10,314 nt of DNA from Prasinococcaceae sp. CCMP 1430. Its lineage: Eukaryota; Plantae; Prasinodermophyta. Positions 8,308-10,314 of this stretch are shown here, one piece after another; within the stretch, counting starts at the first letter, position 1; each line of letters starts with the position of its first letter. Under the pieces are notes generated by a model that did not search any database, had not been told where the DNA came from, and was given only the letters and a program-made list of their open reading frames with translations. The stretch is taken from positions 831,826 through 842,139 of the forward strand of contig RQSC01000028.1 in NCBI GenBank assembly GCA_013416795.1, in the 5' to 3' direction. The position numbers and the translations under genes were made by a program.

Positions 8308-8312
8308 TTACA
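8308..8312 (-). promoter_or_regulatory. Putative UGUAA polyadenylation signal of the HAD hydrolase gene
   Basis: ttaca on + reads TGTAA on -, 75 nt after the TAA at 8388-8390. Confidence 0.55.
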
Positions 8313-8387
8313 AGCCATTGGGCGAGCAGGGGCGGCTCGCGCAGCGGGCCCGCGCTTGCCCACTCCCCCCCCCCCCGGATGCCACCC

Positions 8388-9058
8388 TTACCGCATGGGC
8401 GGCACGCCGCCCGCGAGCATAATTTCGCCGATGGTGGCGCCAACGATGTCCGCGGCGGCGCGCGTGAGCGGCCTGGGCGAGGCGGCGTCCTCGACGAGGC
8501 CGAACACGCAGCCCGCCGCGCGCGCGGTCGCCAGGTCGTGCTCGCTGTCGCCGACGTACAGCGTCTCCTCGGGCGCGACCCCCCAGCGCTCGCAGAACGC
8601 CACCGAGAGCGAGCGCGGGTCGGGCTTGTAGAAGCGGGCGGCGCGCGTCTCGACCGCGTCGAAGGCGTCGGCGAGGCCGTACATCTCCAGGAAGACGCGC
8701 GTGGCCTCGTCGCAGTTGCGCGTGAGGATGCCCACCTTGATCCCGCTCGCGCGCAGGTGCGCCAGCCACTCGAGCACGCCGGGGCGCAGCGGCGTCTCGC
8801 GCATGGAGTCCGTCTCCATGGCGGCGATGCGCGCCTCCCACGCGGCGCGCGTCTCCGCCGGCACGCCGTGGTCGTTCAGGCGCGCGACGATGTCCACCCG
8901 CTCGCCTGGCCGCGCGCCGACGATCTCGCGCATGGCGGCGAAGTCGACGTTGCCCGCCTCGGTGAGCGTGCCGTCCATGTCGAACACCACCGCCCGCGGC
9001 GGCGCGGCGGCCGTCGGGAGCTCGCCGCCGGGCCACAGCCGCCGCACGCGGTGCCGCA
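8388..9058 (-). CDS. HAD-superfamily (subfamily IA-like) hydrolase/phosphatase, 5' part hidden in the assembly gap
   Basis: Motif I VVFDMDGTL, motif II GILTRN, motif III KPDP and motif IV YVGDSEHD are in the expected order and spacing. The frame is open, with no start Met, up to the N run. Confidence 0.9.
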
Positions 9059-9807
9059 NNNNNNNNNNNNNNNNNNNNNNNNNNNNNNNNNNNNNNNNNN
9101 NNNNNNNNNNNNNNNNNNNNNNNNNNNNNNNNNNNNNNNNNNNNNNNNNNNNNNNNNNNNNNNNNNNNNNNNNNNNNNNNNNNNNNNNNNNNNNNNNNNN
9201 NNNNNNNNNNNNNNNNNNNNNNNNNNNNNNNNNNNNNNNNNNNNNNNNNNNNNNNNNNNNNNNNNNNNNNNNNNNNNNNNNNNNNNNNNNNNNNNNNNNN
9301 NNNNNNNNNNNNNNNNNNNNNNNNNNNNNNNNNNNNNNNNNNNNNNNNNNNNNNNNNNNNNNNNNNNNNNNNNNNNNNNNNNNNNNNNNNNNNNNNNNNN
9401 NNNNNNNNNNNNNNNNNNNNNNNNNNNNNNNNNNNNNNNNNNNNNNNNNNNNNNNNNNNNNNNNNNNNNNNNNNNNNNNNNNNNNNNNNNNNNNNNNNNN
9501 NNNNNNNNNNNNNNNNNNNNNNNNNNNNNNNNNNNNNNNNNNNNNNNNNNNNNNNNNNNNNNNNNNNNNNNNNNNNNNNNNNNNNNNNNNNNNNNNNNNN
9601 NNNNNNNNNNNNNNNNNNNNNNNNNNNNNNNNNNNNNNNNNNNNNNNNNNNNNNNNNNNNNNNNNNNNNNNNNNNNNNNNNNNNNNNNNNNNNNNNNNNN
9701 NNNNNNNNNNNNNNNNNNNNNNNNNNNNNNNNNNNNNNNNNNNNNNNNNNNNNNNNNNNNNNNNNNNNNNNNNNNNNNNNNNNNNNNNNNNNNNNNNNNN
9801 NNNNNNN
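9059..9807. other. Assembly gap (749 N)
   Basis: Run of n characters. Confidence 1.
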
Positions 9808-9865
9808 GGCAACGCGCGGCGCGCGCGGTGTGGCGCGGCGAGCGCCTGCGCCGACGACCGGGGGC

Positions 9866-10109
9866 CGTGCGCGTGTGCGCGTGTGCGAGTGTGTGTGCGT
9901 GTGTGTGTGTGTGTGTGCGTGTGTGTGCGTGTGTGTGTGCGCGCGTATGTGTGTGTGCGTGTGTGTGCGCGCGCGCGTGTGCGTATGTGCGTGCGCGTGC
10001 GTGTGTGTGCGTGTGCGTGTGTGTGCGCGTGCGTGTGTGTGTGTGTGTGTGTGTGCGTGTGCACACGAGCGCGTGTGCGTGTACGCGCGCGTGTGTGTGT
10101 GTGCGCGCG
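9866..10109. repeat. Compound (GT)n/(GC)n microsatellite, ~240 bp of nearly continuous purine-pyrimidine alternation
   Basis: gtgtgtgcgtgtgc... with only a few interruptions, for example near 9888 and 10068. Confidence 0.95.
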
Positions 10110-10314
10110 AGCTCGAGCGAGCGCCAGGGCGGCTGGCGGCCGGCGGGGACCCTTTTCCAAACCCTCGTCAATACCCCAATTATACCTACCTGTAACCTCA
10201 ACCTGCCTTGCGCACGCGGTGGCGCATGGATTTTGATATGGCATGATCAAAACGCATGCGTTCGCGCCGCGGGCGCGGGGCGCCCCGGCGACGCCGCCGC
10301 CCGTCGCGCCGCCG

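Noticed and set aside
1454-9058. Functional gene cluster (uS9m, NSUN2-like, COQ10, HAD)
   Set aside because: No shared pathway is evident. This looks like an ordinary neighbourhood in a compact genome.
8388-10250. ORFs of 441-620 aa spanning the N run, with HT/CV dipeptide repeats
   Set aside because: Artefacts of translating through the gap and the microsatellite. Only 8388..9058 is supported.

Overview
GC-rich, CpG-rich eukaryotic nuclear DNA. It has GT-AG spliceosomal introns, TGTAA (UGUAA) motifs about 75-100 nt after three stop codons and CCCTAAA-type repeats, which together suggest a green-algal-type genome (inference). Four genes are supported: (1) nucleus-encoded mitochondrial ribosomal protein uS9 on the minus strand, with a long N-terminal extension and an unresolved 5' end; (2) a divergently transcribed NSUN2/Trm4-type RNA m5C methyltransferase on the plus strand, join(3678..4988,5368..5620,5998..6680); (3) COQ10, a START-domain ubiquinone-binding protein on the plus strand with at least one intron; (4) a HAD-superfamily hydrolase on the minus strand that runs into a 749-N assembly gap, beyond which lies a long GT/GC microsatellite. 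The most striking feature is that the two consecutive introns of the methyltransferase gene (379 and 377 nt) share a 304-bp block with only 5 mismatches by manual alignment (~98%). The block is rich in hairpins and ends at the branch-point motif, while the flanking exons are unrelated. It is a candidate introner (intron-generating mobile element) or a recently duplicated intron-borne structured element.
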